Shown: in pieces, positions 24,502-33,817 of the stretch
Layout: each line of letters opens with the position of its first letter
How positions within the stretch are numbered: position 1 is the stretch's first letter
Virus record (IMG/VR): IMGVR_UViG_3300025390_000008
Reading direction: 5' to 3' (one strand)
DNA: 64,000 bases
Origin: an uncultured virus (IMG/VR IMGVR_UViG_3300025390_000008)
Taxonomy: Duplodnaviria > Heunggongvirae > Uroviricota > Caudoviricetes
The notes under the pieces: model-generated
What the model saw: only the letters and a program-made list of their open reading frames with translations
What the model was told of the DNA's origin: nothing
Database searches by the model: none
Program-made: the position numbers and the translations under genes

Positions 24502-24911
24502 TGCCAAGCAAGAGCAAAGCTCAACGTAATCTGATGGCGGCGGTTGCTCATTCAGCAGCCTTCGCCAAAAAGGTGGGTATCCCACAGTCTGTGGGAAAAG
24601 ACTTTAACGAGGCCGACAAAGGCCGTAAATTCTCAAGAGGTGGCGATATGGCTAAATTAACTAAGGCGCATCACATGGCGATGGCCCATCATCATTTGCA
24701 AATGGCTATGGGTGGAGATACCATTGGTATGGAAACCAAGGACCAAAGCAAAGGCATGACTACTGCAAAAATGGGTAAAGTTACCGAAGGCGGTAAACGT
24801 GCTCACGGCGAGCATAGCATCCAAGAGCGTGGTCACACACGCGCTATGGAACCCAAGATGGCTGGTTCTACTACCGGCATGAAGCGCGGTGGCGCAGCTA
24901 AACGCAAGTAA
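24501..24911 (+). CDS. small basic protein
   Basis: MPSKSKAQRNLMAAVAH..KVGIPQSVGKDF. Confidence 0.7.
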   Translation: MPSKSKAQRNLMAAVAHSAAFAKKVGIPQSVGKDFNEADKGRKFSRGGDMAKLTKAHHMAMAHHHLQMAMGGDTIGMETKDQSKGMTTAKMGKVTEGGKRAHGEHSIQERGHTRAMEPKMAGSTTGMKRGGAAKRK

Positions 24912-24920
24912 GGATCTGAC

Positions 24921-25115
24921 ATGAAACACGAAGACATGAAAACCAAGAAGGAAGAAACTCCTAAGCACCATCACAACGTGCATCATGTTGAGAAACATTA
25001 TGGCGGCGACGGCCACAAGCCCCACCACCACCATTTCAAAGAACACGCTGCTGGCCACAAGCTGCACCACGAGCATGTGGAAGCTATGTGCGGTGGCGGA
25101 ATGACCCGTAAATAA
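24921..25115 (+). CDS. His-rich small protein
   Basis: 17 His in 64 aa; SD AAGGA. Confidence 0.7.
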   Translation: MKHEDMKTKKEETPKHHHNVHHVEKHYGGDGHKPHHHHFKEHAAGHKLHHEHVEAMCGGGMTRK

Positions 25116-25124
25116 GGAGCTATC

Positions 25125-25397
25125 ATGGCTACTATGCGTAAACAAATGAATCCCCAAGTCTTGGCCGCTTTGGCTGCACGTGCTCGTATGGGTGGTGCTC
25201 CTGTTGCTGGCGTTCCTGGTGGCCCTGCTTCTCCTGCTATGCCCGGCCCTATGGGTGCTATGGGTGGCGCTCCTGCTCCTGCTCCTACTTCGATGAAGAA
25301 GGGTGGCAAGACCAAGAAGATGGCCAAGGGTGGTACTGCTTCCGCTCGCGCAGACGGTATTGCTACTCGCGGCTTGACCAAAGGCACTTTCTGCTAA
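25125..25397 (+). CDS. small basic protein
   Basis: MKKGG..MAKGG..ADGIATRGLTKG. Confidence 0.7.
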   Translation: MATMRKQMNPQVLAALAARARMGGAPVAGVPGGPASPAMPGPMGAMGGAPAPAPTSMKKGGKTKKMAKGGTASARADGIATRGLTKGTFC

Positions 25398-25405
25398 GGT
25401 GATCT

Positions 25406-25666
25406 ATGATGGCTTCACGCGGTATGGGGGCTATTGCTCCGTCTAAAATGCCCGGTAAGAAGACGATCATTCGCAAAGATGATCCGAACCGTGTTGAGGT
25501 TTATGCCAAGGGTGGCGAGATTTGGGACAAGGCTAGACCCAAGGGTTTAGGCAAACCAAAGGCGCTGTCTTCTGCTAAGAAGTCAAAGGCCAAGGCTGCG
25601 GCTAAAGCGGCTGGTCGTCCTTACCCTAACTTGATTGACAATATCCGCGCCGCTAGGAGCAAGTGA
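25406..25666 (+). CDS. small basic protein
   Basis: AKAAGRPYPNLIDN. Confidence 0.7.
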   Translation: MMASRGMGAIAPSKMPGKKTIIRKDDPNRVEVYAKGGEIWDKARPKGLGKPKALSSAKKSKAKAAAKAAGRPYPNLIDNIRAARSK

Positions 25667-25842
25667 TGGCTGAGAAATGGATTCAAAAAGCAATTAAGAA
25701 CCCAGGTGCTTTGCGTAAAGAACTTGGTGTTAAAGCAGGTAAGACCATCCCCGCCAAGAAGCTTGCTAAGGCTGCTAAAGCGCCCGGTAAGTTGGGTCAG
25801 CGTGCTCGATTGGCCGAGACCTTGAAAGGTCTTCGTAAATGA
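25666..25842 (+). CDS. small basic protein
   Basis: MAEKWIQKAIKNPGALRKELG..GQRARLAETL (below ORF-track cutoff); SD AGGAG. Confidence 0.7.
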   Translation: MAEKWIQKAIKNPGALRKELGVKAGKTIPAKKLAKAAKAPGKLGQRARLAETLKGLRK

Positions 25843-27821
25843 ATAACAACCCGCTCGCCGCGCTACAGCAGGACTTTCAGCAAGTAGCAGGTCATATTGG
25901 CTCCATCAATGGTGGAGGTGGTAATAATAACGCCTCTGCCGCTGGTAGTCAGGGCTATGGCGGCGGGTTCGGTGGTGGGTTTGGTTTTGGCAATCAGCAG
26001 CCTCAGAATCCCTATGCTCAGGGTTCTGGATACGGTGGTGGTGTAGGCGGCCCTCAAATGATGCCAGGGCAGCAGCCGCAGTTTGGCCCTCAGGGCGGTG
26101 GCGGTTTTGGTCAGTTTAGTGGCTTTGGTGGCTTTGGCAGCATGTCTGGTAATAATACCAACAACGTCAATCAAGGAACAAACGGTAACGGCTCCAATGA
26201 TTCAATGCTTGGCGCCCCCGAAATTGCAATGCCACCTCCTATTACTCAAGAGGATCAAGCTGCACAATTAGCCCGTCAACAACAGCAACAACAAGCTCAG
26301 CAGCAAAAACTTCAAGAGCAACAGAACCAATATAAACAATGGTCAGATAGCTATTTACAAGCGGCTAAAACTGATCCGCAAAATTTTAATAATGGCGTGT
26401 TGCCTTGGAATTTTCAGCAGTGGCAACAAGCTCAAGATGAGTTATCGAATGTACAGGTTATGCCTGGTGCTATTACAGCCACTCCGCAAAACTCGAACTT
26501 TGTAGATAATACTAGCGGCTCTTTAGCCCACGGCGGCGTTGTTGCTCTTGCCAATGGCGGGGCAGTACAGCGTTTTGACGACGGCGGAATAGCATCACTT
26601 GCCCAAAACATTGCTGGTAATATTACCAACAACTGGGGTATTGGTAACGCTGGAAACCAAGACTGGACTTATACCGCTCAGGGCACCAATAATGGTATGC
26701 AGGCCAATCCAACGTTTAACTGGACCCCGGCTACGGCCCCTGCGGCGGCAGGCGGTGGTGGTGGCAATAATAGCCAGGACGTAGTAGTGCCAGATACTTC
26801 TACGCAAGATACAACTACGCAGCCCATTCAGCCGACGCCAGTAATTGAGCCTACTGAACCTCAGCCTTATACGCCTGAGCCGATGCCTATTTTGACTCCA
26901 AGTACTGACGAGACGCCACCTGAAGAGCCGCCGTTAAAAGAAGGTGATGTAACTATCAGCGTGCCCGTCAATACGTATACGCAACCAGAACCCATTCAGC
27001 CTACTGCTCCTGCGCCGTATCAGCCTGAACCGATGCCAAATTTGGACGTTCCGCCTGTGGATACGCCGCCTGAGAAGACAGGTACGGTAGAGATTTCTGT
27101 GCCTTCGCAAGATAGCACATCTACGTATACGCCTCCTCCGATTGCGACGCCAGAGCCTATTCAACCAACAGAGCCTCAGAGTTACACGCCTGAACCGATG
27201 CCCGACTTGACTTCTGGTATTGCATCGTTGACTCCAGCTTTGGATGCTACTAATGCACCAGTAACACGGTCAATTGATACGCCTGTTAACCCAGCACCTG
27301 CTCCAACACCGACACCTGATTCAACTAATACTGGGATCGCATCTTTGACGCCTCCATTGGATGCGGTCAATAATCCAGCACCAGCCCCTGTAGCACCAGA
27401 TGCTCAAGCGCAGGCTGCAGCCCAGGCTCAAGCTGATGCACAGGCACAGGCGCAAGCTCAGGCCGCTGCTGCAGCACAAGCTCAAGCTGCCGCTCAGGCG
27501 CAAGCACAGGCAGATGCACAAGCTCAGGCACAAGCCGCAGCGGCTGCCCAGGCTCAGGCCGACGCATTAAATGCTGCAGCACCCCAAGTGGATAATACTG
27601 TTGTAAATCCATACGTTCAGCCAATTGATTCATCTTTAACGGGTTACAACTACAGCTCTGGCCCGTTTGAAAATGGCGGCTTTGGTCCTGGCGATGCTAA
27701 TGGCGGCGGTGATTTTGGTGGAGATTACGTTGGTGGTGGCGGTTTTGGCGGTAAATACGCTATTGAAGCTTACGCACATGGTGGGATAATTAACCTACTA
27801 AGGAACTACTACTATGGCTAA
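25839..27821 (+). CDS. 660-aa low-complexity protein (G/Q/N, P/T/E and AQ repeats)
   Basis: open frame coupled to neighbours at both ends. Confidence 0.75.
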   Translation: MNNNPLAALQQDFQQVAGHIGSINGGGGNNNASAAGSQGYGGGFGGGFGFGNQQPQNPYAQGSGYGGGVGGPQMMPGQQPQFGPQGGGGFGQFSGFGGFGSMSGNNTNNVNQGTNGNGSNDSMLGAPEIAMPPPITQEDQAAQLARQQQQQQAQQQKLQEQQNQYKQWSDSYLQAAKTDPQNFNNGVLPWNFQQWQQAQDELSNVQVMPGAITATPQNSNFVDNTSGSLAHGGVVALANGGAVQRFDDGGIASLAQNIAGNITNNWGIGNAGNQDWTYTAQGTNNGMQANPTFNWTPATAPAAAGGGGGNNSQDVVVPDTSTQDTTTQPIQPTPVIEPTEPQPYTPEPMPILTPSTDETPPEEPPLKEGDVTISVPVNTYTQPEPIQPTAPAPYQPEPMPNLDVPPVDTPPEKTGTVEISVPSQDSTSTYTPPPIATPEPIQPTEPQSYTPEPMPDLTSGIASLTPALDATNAPVTRSIDTPVNPAPAPTPTPDSTNTGIASLTPPLDAVNNPAPAPVAPDAQAQAAAQAQADAQAQAQAQAAAAAQAQAAAQAQAQADAQAQAQAAAAAQAQADALNAAAPQVDNTVVNPYVQPIDSSLTGYNYSSGPFENGGFGPGDANGGGDFGGDYVGGGGFGGKYAIEAYAHGGIINLLRNYYYG

Positions 27822-28761
27822 CCTTGTCACTTCAGGCGGTGCAGTCTACAACCCTCAATTGACCGAGATCATTGAGGAAGCCTTTGAGCGTGCTGGCTCT
27901 GAGCTGCGGTCTGGTTACGATTTGCGTACTGCTCGACGTTCGTTGAACCTGATGTTCGCCGACTGGGCTAACCGTGGTATCAACATGTGGACAATGGACC
28001 AAGGCGTGATTACCCTAGTCCAAGGGCAGTCTACCTATGCCTTGCCTTCCGATACCGTTGACCTGCTTGAGCACGTTATCCGCACGCAGGCTAACAGCAC
28101 CAGCAATCAGGCTGACTTGACCATTACGCGCATCAGCGTCTCAACCTATGCAACGCTGCCTAACAAACTGCAACAGGCCCGTCCTATTCAGGTATTGGTC
28201 AACCGTCAAGACGCCCAGCAGAGCCCCACAACGATCACTGTTGCCAGTGCAGCATCGGCTACTGACACAACCATTACGCTGACTTCTACTGTTGGCTTGC
28301 CCGCCTACGGATTTGTGCTGATTGACAGTGAAGTTATTTTTTATCAGTACATCTCGGGCAACACGATTAACACCTGCGCCCGTGGTCAGAACAACACTAC
28401 TGCCGCCTCACACGCCGTAGCTGCGCCGGTCAGCATTCAGTACTTGCCTTCGGTCACCGTGTGGCCGATTCCAGATGGGGCTCAGCAGTATCAGTTTGCT
28501 TACTGGCGCTTGCGTCGCACTCAGGATGCCGGTAACGGTGTTAACGTGATGGACATCCCATTCCGGTTTTTGCCTGCTATGGTGGCTGGATTGGCCTATT
28601 ATTTGATTCTGAAGCTTCCACCTGCGCCGGACACCCAGGCTCGCCTGCAGGTCCTTAAAGCGCAATATGATGAGGCTTGGCAGTTGGCATCGGATGAAGA
28701 CCGTGAGAAAGCTGCTGTGCGGTTTGTGCCCCGTCAGATGTATATCGGGAATAGCTACTAA
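27814..28761 (+). CDS. head-tail adaptor-like protein
   Basis: IIEEAFERAG..ARRSLNLMFADWANRG..FLPAMVAGLAYYL. Confidence 0.65.
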   Translation: MANLVTSGGAVYNPQLTEIIEEAFERAGSELRSGYDLRTARRSLNLMFADWANRGINMWTMDQGVITLVQGQSTYALPSDTVDLLEHVIRTQANSTSNQADLTITRISVSTYATLPNKLQQARPIQVLVNRQDAQQSPTTITVASAASATDTTITLTSTVGLPAYGFVLIDSEVIFYQYISGNTINTCARGQNNTTAASHAVAAPVSIQYLPSVTVWPIPDGAQQYQFAYWRLRRTQDAGNGVNVMDIPFRFLPAMVAGLAYYLILKLPPAPDTQARLQVLKAQYDEAWQLASDEDREKAAVRFVPRQMYIGNSY

Positions 28762-29150
28762 TGGGTAATAGGTTCGCATCCGGTAAGAACGCGATTGCCG
28801 AATGCGATCGGTGTGATTTCCGCTACCCGTTAAAAGTTCTTCGCCGTGAGGTTATCAAGGGCAAGAACTATGAGCTGTTGGTGTGCCCTACCTGCTGGGA
28901 TCCTGATCAGCCGCAGTTACACTTGGGTGAGTTTCCTGTTGACGATCCGCAGGGCTTGCGTAATCCTCGGCCTGACCGGAGCTACTATGCTTCTGGCCTG
29001 GATGCACAGGGATATACATCAGGCGGCTCTCGGGATATCCAGTGGGGATGGAATCCGATTGGTGGATCAAGATTATTTGATAACGCATTGACGCCAAATT
29101 ACTTGGCAACAGTGACAAGTGTTGGTACAGTTACGATTGCAACTACTTAG
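28761..29150 (+). CDS. Zn-finger-like virion-module protein
   Basis: CDRC..VCPTCWDPDQPQL. Confidence 0.7.
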   Translation: MGNRFASGKNAIAECDRCDFRYPLKVLRREVIKGKNYELLVCPTCWDPDQPQLHLGEFPVDDPQGLRNPRPDRSYYASGLDAQGYTSGGSRDIQWGWNPIGGSRLFDNALTPNYLATVTSVGTVTIATT

Positions 29151-29159
29151 GAGTAGAAC

Positions 29160-29486
29160 ATGGCTAAGAAAATGATGGAAGAATCTAAAGCCGAGTCTCG
29201 CAAAGAGATGGCTGAAGACAAAAAGCAGGACGTTGCTTTGATTAAGAAGGCGTTCAAGCAACACGACAAGCAAGAGCACAAAGGTGGTAAAGGCACCACT
29301 TTGAAGCTTGCTAAGGGCGGTGATGCTAAAAATGCAAGTATGACTTACATGACGTATGGCAAGACGGGCAAGCCAGAAGGATTGAAAACAATCAAACTTG
29401 CCAAGGGTGGTGTGACCGGTCAAGCCATGCGTGCTGTTGGTCGTAACCTGGCTCGCGCTCACAACCAAAAAGCCGGGAGCAAATAA
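29160..29486 (+). CDS. small basic protein
   Basis: KQHDKQEH..LAKGG..GRNLAR. Confidence 0.7.
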   Translation: MAKKMMEESKAESRKEMAEDKKQDVALIKKAFKQHDKQEHKGGKGTTLKLAKGGDAKNASMTYMTYGKTGKPEGLKTIKLAKGGVTGQAMRAVGRNLARAHNQKAGSK

Positions 29487-29755
29487 TGGCCAAGTTTTCT
29501 CACAAGAAAATGGGTAAAGAAGTGGGCTCTGCAGAAGAGTACGCTCAGCCCCACGGTAAGGCTAACAAACAGCCTAACCTGAAAGACCCCAACAAGCTGT
29601 TGGCCGGTCAGTTCAAACCTGGTGCAGAGAAGCAAGGCACTCCTCGCGTGAGCTTGGGCGATCCTGCTGATCCTGATTTGGAAACCCAAGGCGTTAAGAT
29701 TCGCGGCACTGGTGCGGCTACTAAGGGTCTGTACGCCCGAGGCCCGATGGCATGA
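29486..29755 (+). CDS. small basic protein
   Basis: GVKIRGTGAATKG..RGPMA. Confidence 0.7.
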   Translation: MAKFSHKKMGKEVGSAEEYAQPHGKANKQPNLKDPNKLLAGQFKPGAEKQGTPRVSLGDPADPDLETQGVKIRGTGAATKGLYARGPMA

Positions 29756-30849
29756 ATTACTATCAGCTCGTAACTGCTGTTCAAGACTACACGGAGAATA
29801 CCTTTTCGACGGTAGACATAAACACGTTTATCGAGCAGGCAGAGCAGCGGATCTACAACGACATTCAGTTTCCTTCGCTGCGTAAAAATGTTACCGGTAC
29901 AGTAAGTTCGTCCAACCCCTACCTATCCGCCCCGGCGGACTATTTGTCTACCTATTCGCTGGCTGCATATTCCACGTTCAGTACAACAGCTACGGGTACA
30001 TCGGGCACGAATGTCATTAGTGTCTCAAGCGCCAGCGGAATCGCCATCGGGCAAAACGTCACGGGTACAGGTATTGGTTCAGGTGCAATCGTCTACGGCG
30101 TCAACGGCACAAGCATTACGCTGAGCGTGGTCAACACTGGTACAGTATCCGGTACAGTTAGCTTCCAAGGCGCGTATCAGTACCTGCTGAACAAGGACGT
30201 TAACTTCATCCGCGAAGCGTTCCCCTACCCGTCTGTGTCCGGATTCCCCACACACTACGCCATCTTTGGCCCTCAGTCTGCAGCACCTAACGAGTTGTCG
30301 TTCATGGTTGGCCCAACGCCCGATCAAAACTACGGTGTTGAGCTGCACTACTTCTTCTACCCACCGTCGATCATTCCGGGCATTATCATCAGTTTGAACA
30401 GTTCTTTCACTGCTGGTTCAGGGTATACCAATGGAACGTATTACAACCAAGCTTTGACTGGTGGTACAGGTTCTGGCGCTACTGCAAATATTGTGGTGTC
30501 TGGTGGTGCGGTGACTTCTGTCAGTTTAGAAACGGGAGGGTCTGGTTATGCCGTGGGAGATTCTTTATCTATTAGCCTTGGCAGTGGCGGTGGGTTTGCC
30601 GTTACTGTTCCCAACGCAGCCAGCTTGAACCAAACTAACGGCATGACTTGGCTTGGTGACAACTACGATGCAGCCCTGCTGTACGGCGCTTTGGTTGAAG
30701 CCATCACCTTCATGAAAGGCGAACAAGATTTGGTTCAGTTGTACAACGGCAAGTATGTTGAAGCACTTGCACAAGCCAAACGTCTGGGCGATGGTCTGGA
30801 ACGTCAGGATGCTTTCCGCAGCGGTCAATACCGTCAGAAGGTCGAGTAA
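29752..30849 (+). CDS. tail tubular A / adaptor-like protein with inserted beta domains
   Basis: FIEQAEQRI, LLNKDVNFIREA, GPTPD..ELHY, LLYGALVEA. Confidence 0.65.
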   Translation: MNYYQLVTAVQDYTENTFSTVDINTFIEQAEQRIYNDIQFPSLRKNVTGTVSSSNPYLSAPADYLSTYSLAAYSTFSTTATGTSGTNVISVSSASGIAIGQNVTGTGIGSGAIVYGVNGTSITLSVVNTGTVSGTVSFQGAYQYLLNKDVNFIREAFPYPSVSGFPTHYAIFGPQSAAPNELSFMVGPTPDQNYGVELHYFFYPPSIIPGIIISLNSSFTAGSGYTNGTYYNQALTGGTGSGATANIVVSGGAVTSVSLETGGSGYAVGDSLSISLGSGGGFAVTVPNAASLNQTNGMTWLGDNYDAALLYGALVEAITFMKGEQDLVQLYNGKYVEALAQAKRLGDGLERQDAFRSGQYRQKVE

Positions 30850-30852
30850 TAG

Positions 30853-31275
30853 ATGTCAATCCTTCAAGGCCAGACGACGAGTTTCAAGGTTGGGCTGTAC
30901 AACGGTCAGTTCAATCTTGCGTCCGATACCATCAAAATGGCGCTGTATACAGGCAACGCCAATTTAAACCCCAGCACTACTGCGTACTCAAGCACCAACG
31001 AAGTATCAGGCACAGGCTACACCGCTGGCGGTCAAACCATGACGGGCGTGACAATTAGCTACGACGCAACAAACAGCGTGGCGTACGTTAACTTTAACAA
31101 CGTGGTTTGGAACCCTGCCAACTTTACGGCACGGTGTGCTTTGATTTATGATGCTACGGCCTCCAATGCTTCGATTGCTGTGATTGATTTTGGTTCAGAC
31201 AAGACCTGCACCAATACGTTTACGGTAACCATGCCAGCCAATACTTACTCAACTGCGCTGATTCGGAGCGCATAA
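30853..31275 (+). CDS. tail structural protein
   Basis: KMALYT..NEVSGTGYTAGG..DFGSDK. Confidence 0.75.
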   Translation: MSILQGQTTSFKVGLYNGQFNLASDTIKMALYTGNANLNPSTTAYSSTNEVSGTGYTAGGQTMTGVTISYDATNSVAYVNFNNVVWNPANFTARCALIYDATASNASIAVIDFGSDKTCTNTFTVTMPANTYSTALIRSA

Positions 31276-31284
31276 GGAAATACC

Positions 31285-31866
31285 ATGAACCATGTTGAAA
31301 CACTGAATGTCCAAGATGCTCCTAGCGCATCGGTCACTGTTGGCACAAAAGCCAAGGAACAAATGACCATCGTCGGTCGTTTTACCGCTACCTGTTACGA
31401 CTCTAAAGGCAACGTCAAATGGGTTGAGAACTTCCCCAACTTGGTTGTGAACGTCGGTAAAGCCGATATGTTGAACAAGTATTTTGCTGGTTCTTCGTAC
31501 ACTTCCGCTTGGTACTTGGGTCTGGTTAACACCGGCCCTACATACAACGCTGCCGACACGATGGCCTCTCACGCTGGCTGGACTGAAGTTACCGCTTATT
31601 CCAACTCTACTCGTCCTGCTGCTGGCTTTACCGCCAACGCGACTGGCACTGGTGGCGGCGCTGGTACTGCTGGTACTGGTTCTATTTCTACCCCTGCTAC
31701 TGCGTTCAACATCAACGGTACTGCTACCGTGGCCGGTGCGTTTTTGACCACCAACAGCACTATCTCTGGCACGACTGGTACGCTGTTCTCGGCGGGTAGT
31801 TTTGGTACTGCCCGTTCTGTTTTGTCTGGTGACGTGCTGAACGTTACTTGGACTGGCAACAACTAA
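31285..31866 (+). CDS. tail structural protein
   Basis: NLVVNVG..GTTGTLFSA..SGDVLNVT. Confidence 0.75.
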   Translation: MNHVETLNVQDAPSASVTVGTKAKEQMTIVGRFTATCYDSKGNVKWVENFPNLVVNVGKADMLNKYFAGSSYTSAWYLGLVNTGPTYNAADTMASHAGWTEVTAYSNSTRPAAGFTANATGTGGGAGTAGTGSISTPATAFNINGTATVAGAFLTTNSTISGTTGTLFSAGSFGTARSVLSGDVLNVTWTGNN

Positions 31867-31875
31867 GGACTCAAT

Positions 31876-32055
31876 ATGGCTGCAAATTTTAAAGTTGGCG
31901 AAGTCGTCAAACTGGTGGCTACGATTCCTACTGGCCCCGTGGAAGAGCTGCGCTTGGACTCAGCTGGAAATATTTCCTACCTTGTGCAGTGGACTGATGC
32001 AGAAGGTAACCCACAGCAAACTTGGTTCCCAGAGGCAGACCTAGCGGCTGCTTAA
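31876..32055 (+). CDS. small protein
   Basis: MAANFKVGEVVKL..WFPEADL; SD AAGGA. Confidence 0.65.
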   Translation: MAANFKVGEVVKLVATIPTGPVEELRLDSAGNISYLVQWTDAEGNPQQTWFPEADLAAA

Positions 32056-32058
32056 CCC

Positions 32059-33147
32059 ATGTCGGCAACGGGCGGCTGGGGATCAGGATGGTGGGGTCAG
32101 GCCGGTTGGAGTAGATCGGTCTTTGATAACTCGACTTCTGAAACAGCCACTGTTACCGACTCTGAATCCTCGGCTCAGTCTTTTGCCAGCTCGGTCAGCG
32201 AAACAGCCACAGTAACCACTTCTCAATCGGGGCAGACTGTCTACGCCAGCGCGGTATCAGAAACCGCCACAGTAACTGATTCTGAATCAAATACGCTTGT
32301 GATGAACATGAGCGTGAGCGAAACCGCCACAGTAACGGATACAGAAACCCCATCCAACGTCATTAGCGCAACGGTCACTGAGGTGGCTACGGTAACGGAT
32401 ACCGAGACCAATACGATGGTCATGAATGCGTCGGTCTCTGAGACTGCGACGGTAACGGACTCCGAAACTGGGGGCGTGGTCTACGCCAGTAGCGTATCTG
32501 AAACGGCAACGGTAACTGACTCCAACTCTGCTACCCTGACAATGAACATGTCGGTCAGTGAGACCTCTGTGGTCACAGATACGGTTACGCCTTCCAACGT
32601 GATGGGCGCTTCTGTAACTGAGGTGGCGACGGTAACGGATTCTGAATCGGTGCAAGCGATCTTTAACCCTACGCTGACCGAAACGGCCACTGTAACTGAC
32701 TCCCAGTTCGGTGGTAATATTTACAACAATACGCTGACTGAGACTGCGACAATTACGGATGCCGTCAATGGGGTCAATAGCCTACCTGCCTCTGTGGTGG
32801 AGACGGCGACTGTAACGGATAGCGTTACACCCTCGAATGTGATTCAGGCTGCAGTGACTGAGACAGCGACGGTAACGGACGTTTGGGCTTCTTACCTTGT
32901 TATGATGGCGAACGTGATTGAGACGGCTACGATGGCTGACTCGTTCTTGGGTGCGCTGCTGTGGAATCCGATCCCTGACAACCAAACGCCGAACTGGTCA
33001 CAAATAAATGATTCTCAAACGGTAACATGGGCAAATATTAGTGACAACCAAACTCCGAACTGGCAAAATGTTAACGATGCTCAGTCGGTAACGTGGTCGC
33101 AGGTTGATACCGCGCAAACCAGAACTTGGACTCAGACGAAGAATTGA
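32059..33147 (+). CDS. tail fibre-associated repeat protein
   Basis: about 13 copies of a ~20-aa ETATVTD repeat; C-terminal QTPNW repeats. Confidence 0.75.
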   Translation: MSATGGWGSGWWGQAGWSRSVFDNSTSETATVTDSESSAQSFASSVSETATVTTSQSGQTVYASAVSETATVTDSESNTLVMNMSVSETATVTDTETPSNVISATVTEVATVTDTETNTMVMNASVSETATVTDSETGGVVYASSVSETATVTDSNSATLTMNMSVSETSVVTDTVTPSNVMGASVTEVATVTDSESVQAIFNPTLTETATVTDSQFGGNIYNNTLTETATITDAVNGVNSLPASVVETATVTDSVTPSNVIQAAVTETATVTDVWASYLVMMANVIETATMADSFLGALLWNPIPDNQTPNWSQINDSQTVTWANISDNQTPNWQNVNDAQSVTWSQVDTAQTRTWTQTKN

Positions 33148-33148
33148 A

Positions 33149-33817
33149 ATGCAGGTGTACAAGATTACCAACACTGTTAATGGGCATGCTTACGTAGGCA
33201 TTACCCAGTGCGACCTGCACAAACGGTGGCGGGAACATCAGTGCGCTGCCCGAACTAATAAGATGCAACGTCTATACAGGGCTATGCGCAAATACGGTGT
33301 AGAGAATTTCACCATTGAAGCCTTATGCCAAGCTGCTGATGAACAAGAACTCAAAGCGCTAGAACGCAAATACATTGCTGAGCTAAATACCTATGCTGGT
33401 AACGGCAACGGTTACAACTTAACAGACGGTGGCGACGGCCCTCTGAGGTTTAGCCTGAAGACGGGCGAAAAAGTCTATAACGCCAAGTTGACCGAAGAGG
33501 TTGTGGCTTTTATCCGGCTGGACGAAAACCGTACATTGAACAACCGAGAATTGCTTGAGTTGGTCAAAGAAAAGTTTGGAATTTTGTGCGCACGGGATAC
33601 ACTACGGGATGCGCGTCGTGGTGATGCTTGGGCACATTTAAATGAAAAGTATCCCCCGGTACGTGTTGGTCAAGGTGGAAACAAGAAACCTACGGAAGAA
33701 GCAATTCAAAGGTCAATTACAGCTTTGCACAAATACCGCCCGATGGCAAACGCAAAGCTCAGAGAAAATACTGCAAAGCGACAAAGATTAGCAAAGGAAA
33801 TTAGTCATGGCAATTAA
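33149..33817 (+). CDS. GIY-YIG homing endonuclease
   Basis: VYKITN..HAYVGIT..RWREH..E..YI..GYNLTDGG. Confidence 0.88.
   Translation: MQVYKITNTVNGHAYVGITQCDLHKRWREHQCAARTNKMQRLYRAMRKYGVENFTIEALCQAADEQELKALERKYIAELNTYAGNGNGYNLTDGGDGPLRFSLKTGEKVYNAKLTEEVVAFIRLDENRTLNNRELLELVKEKFGILCARDTLRDARRGDAWAHLNEKYPPVRVGQGGNKKPTEEAIQRSITALHKYRPMANAKLRENTAKRQRLAKEISHGN

Noticed and set aside
32059..33147. ETATVTD repeats as a DNA-level repeat system
   Set aside because: Third positions vary freely, so this is a protein-level structural repeat.
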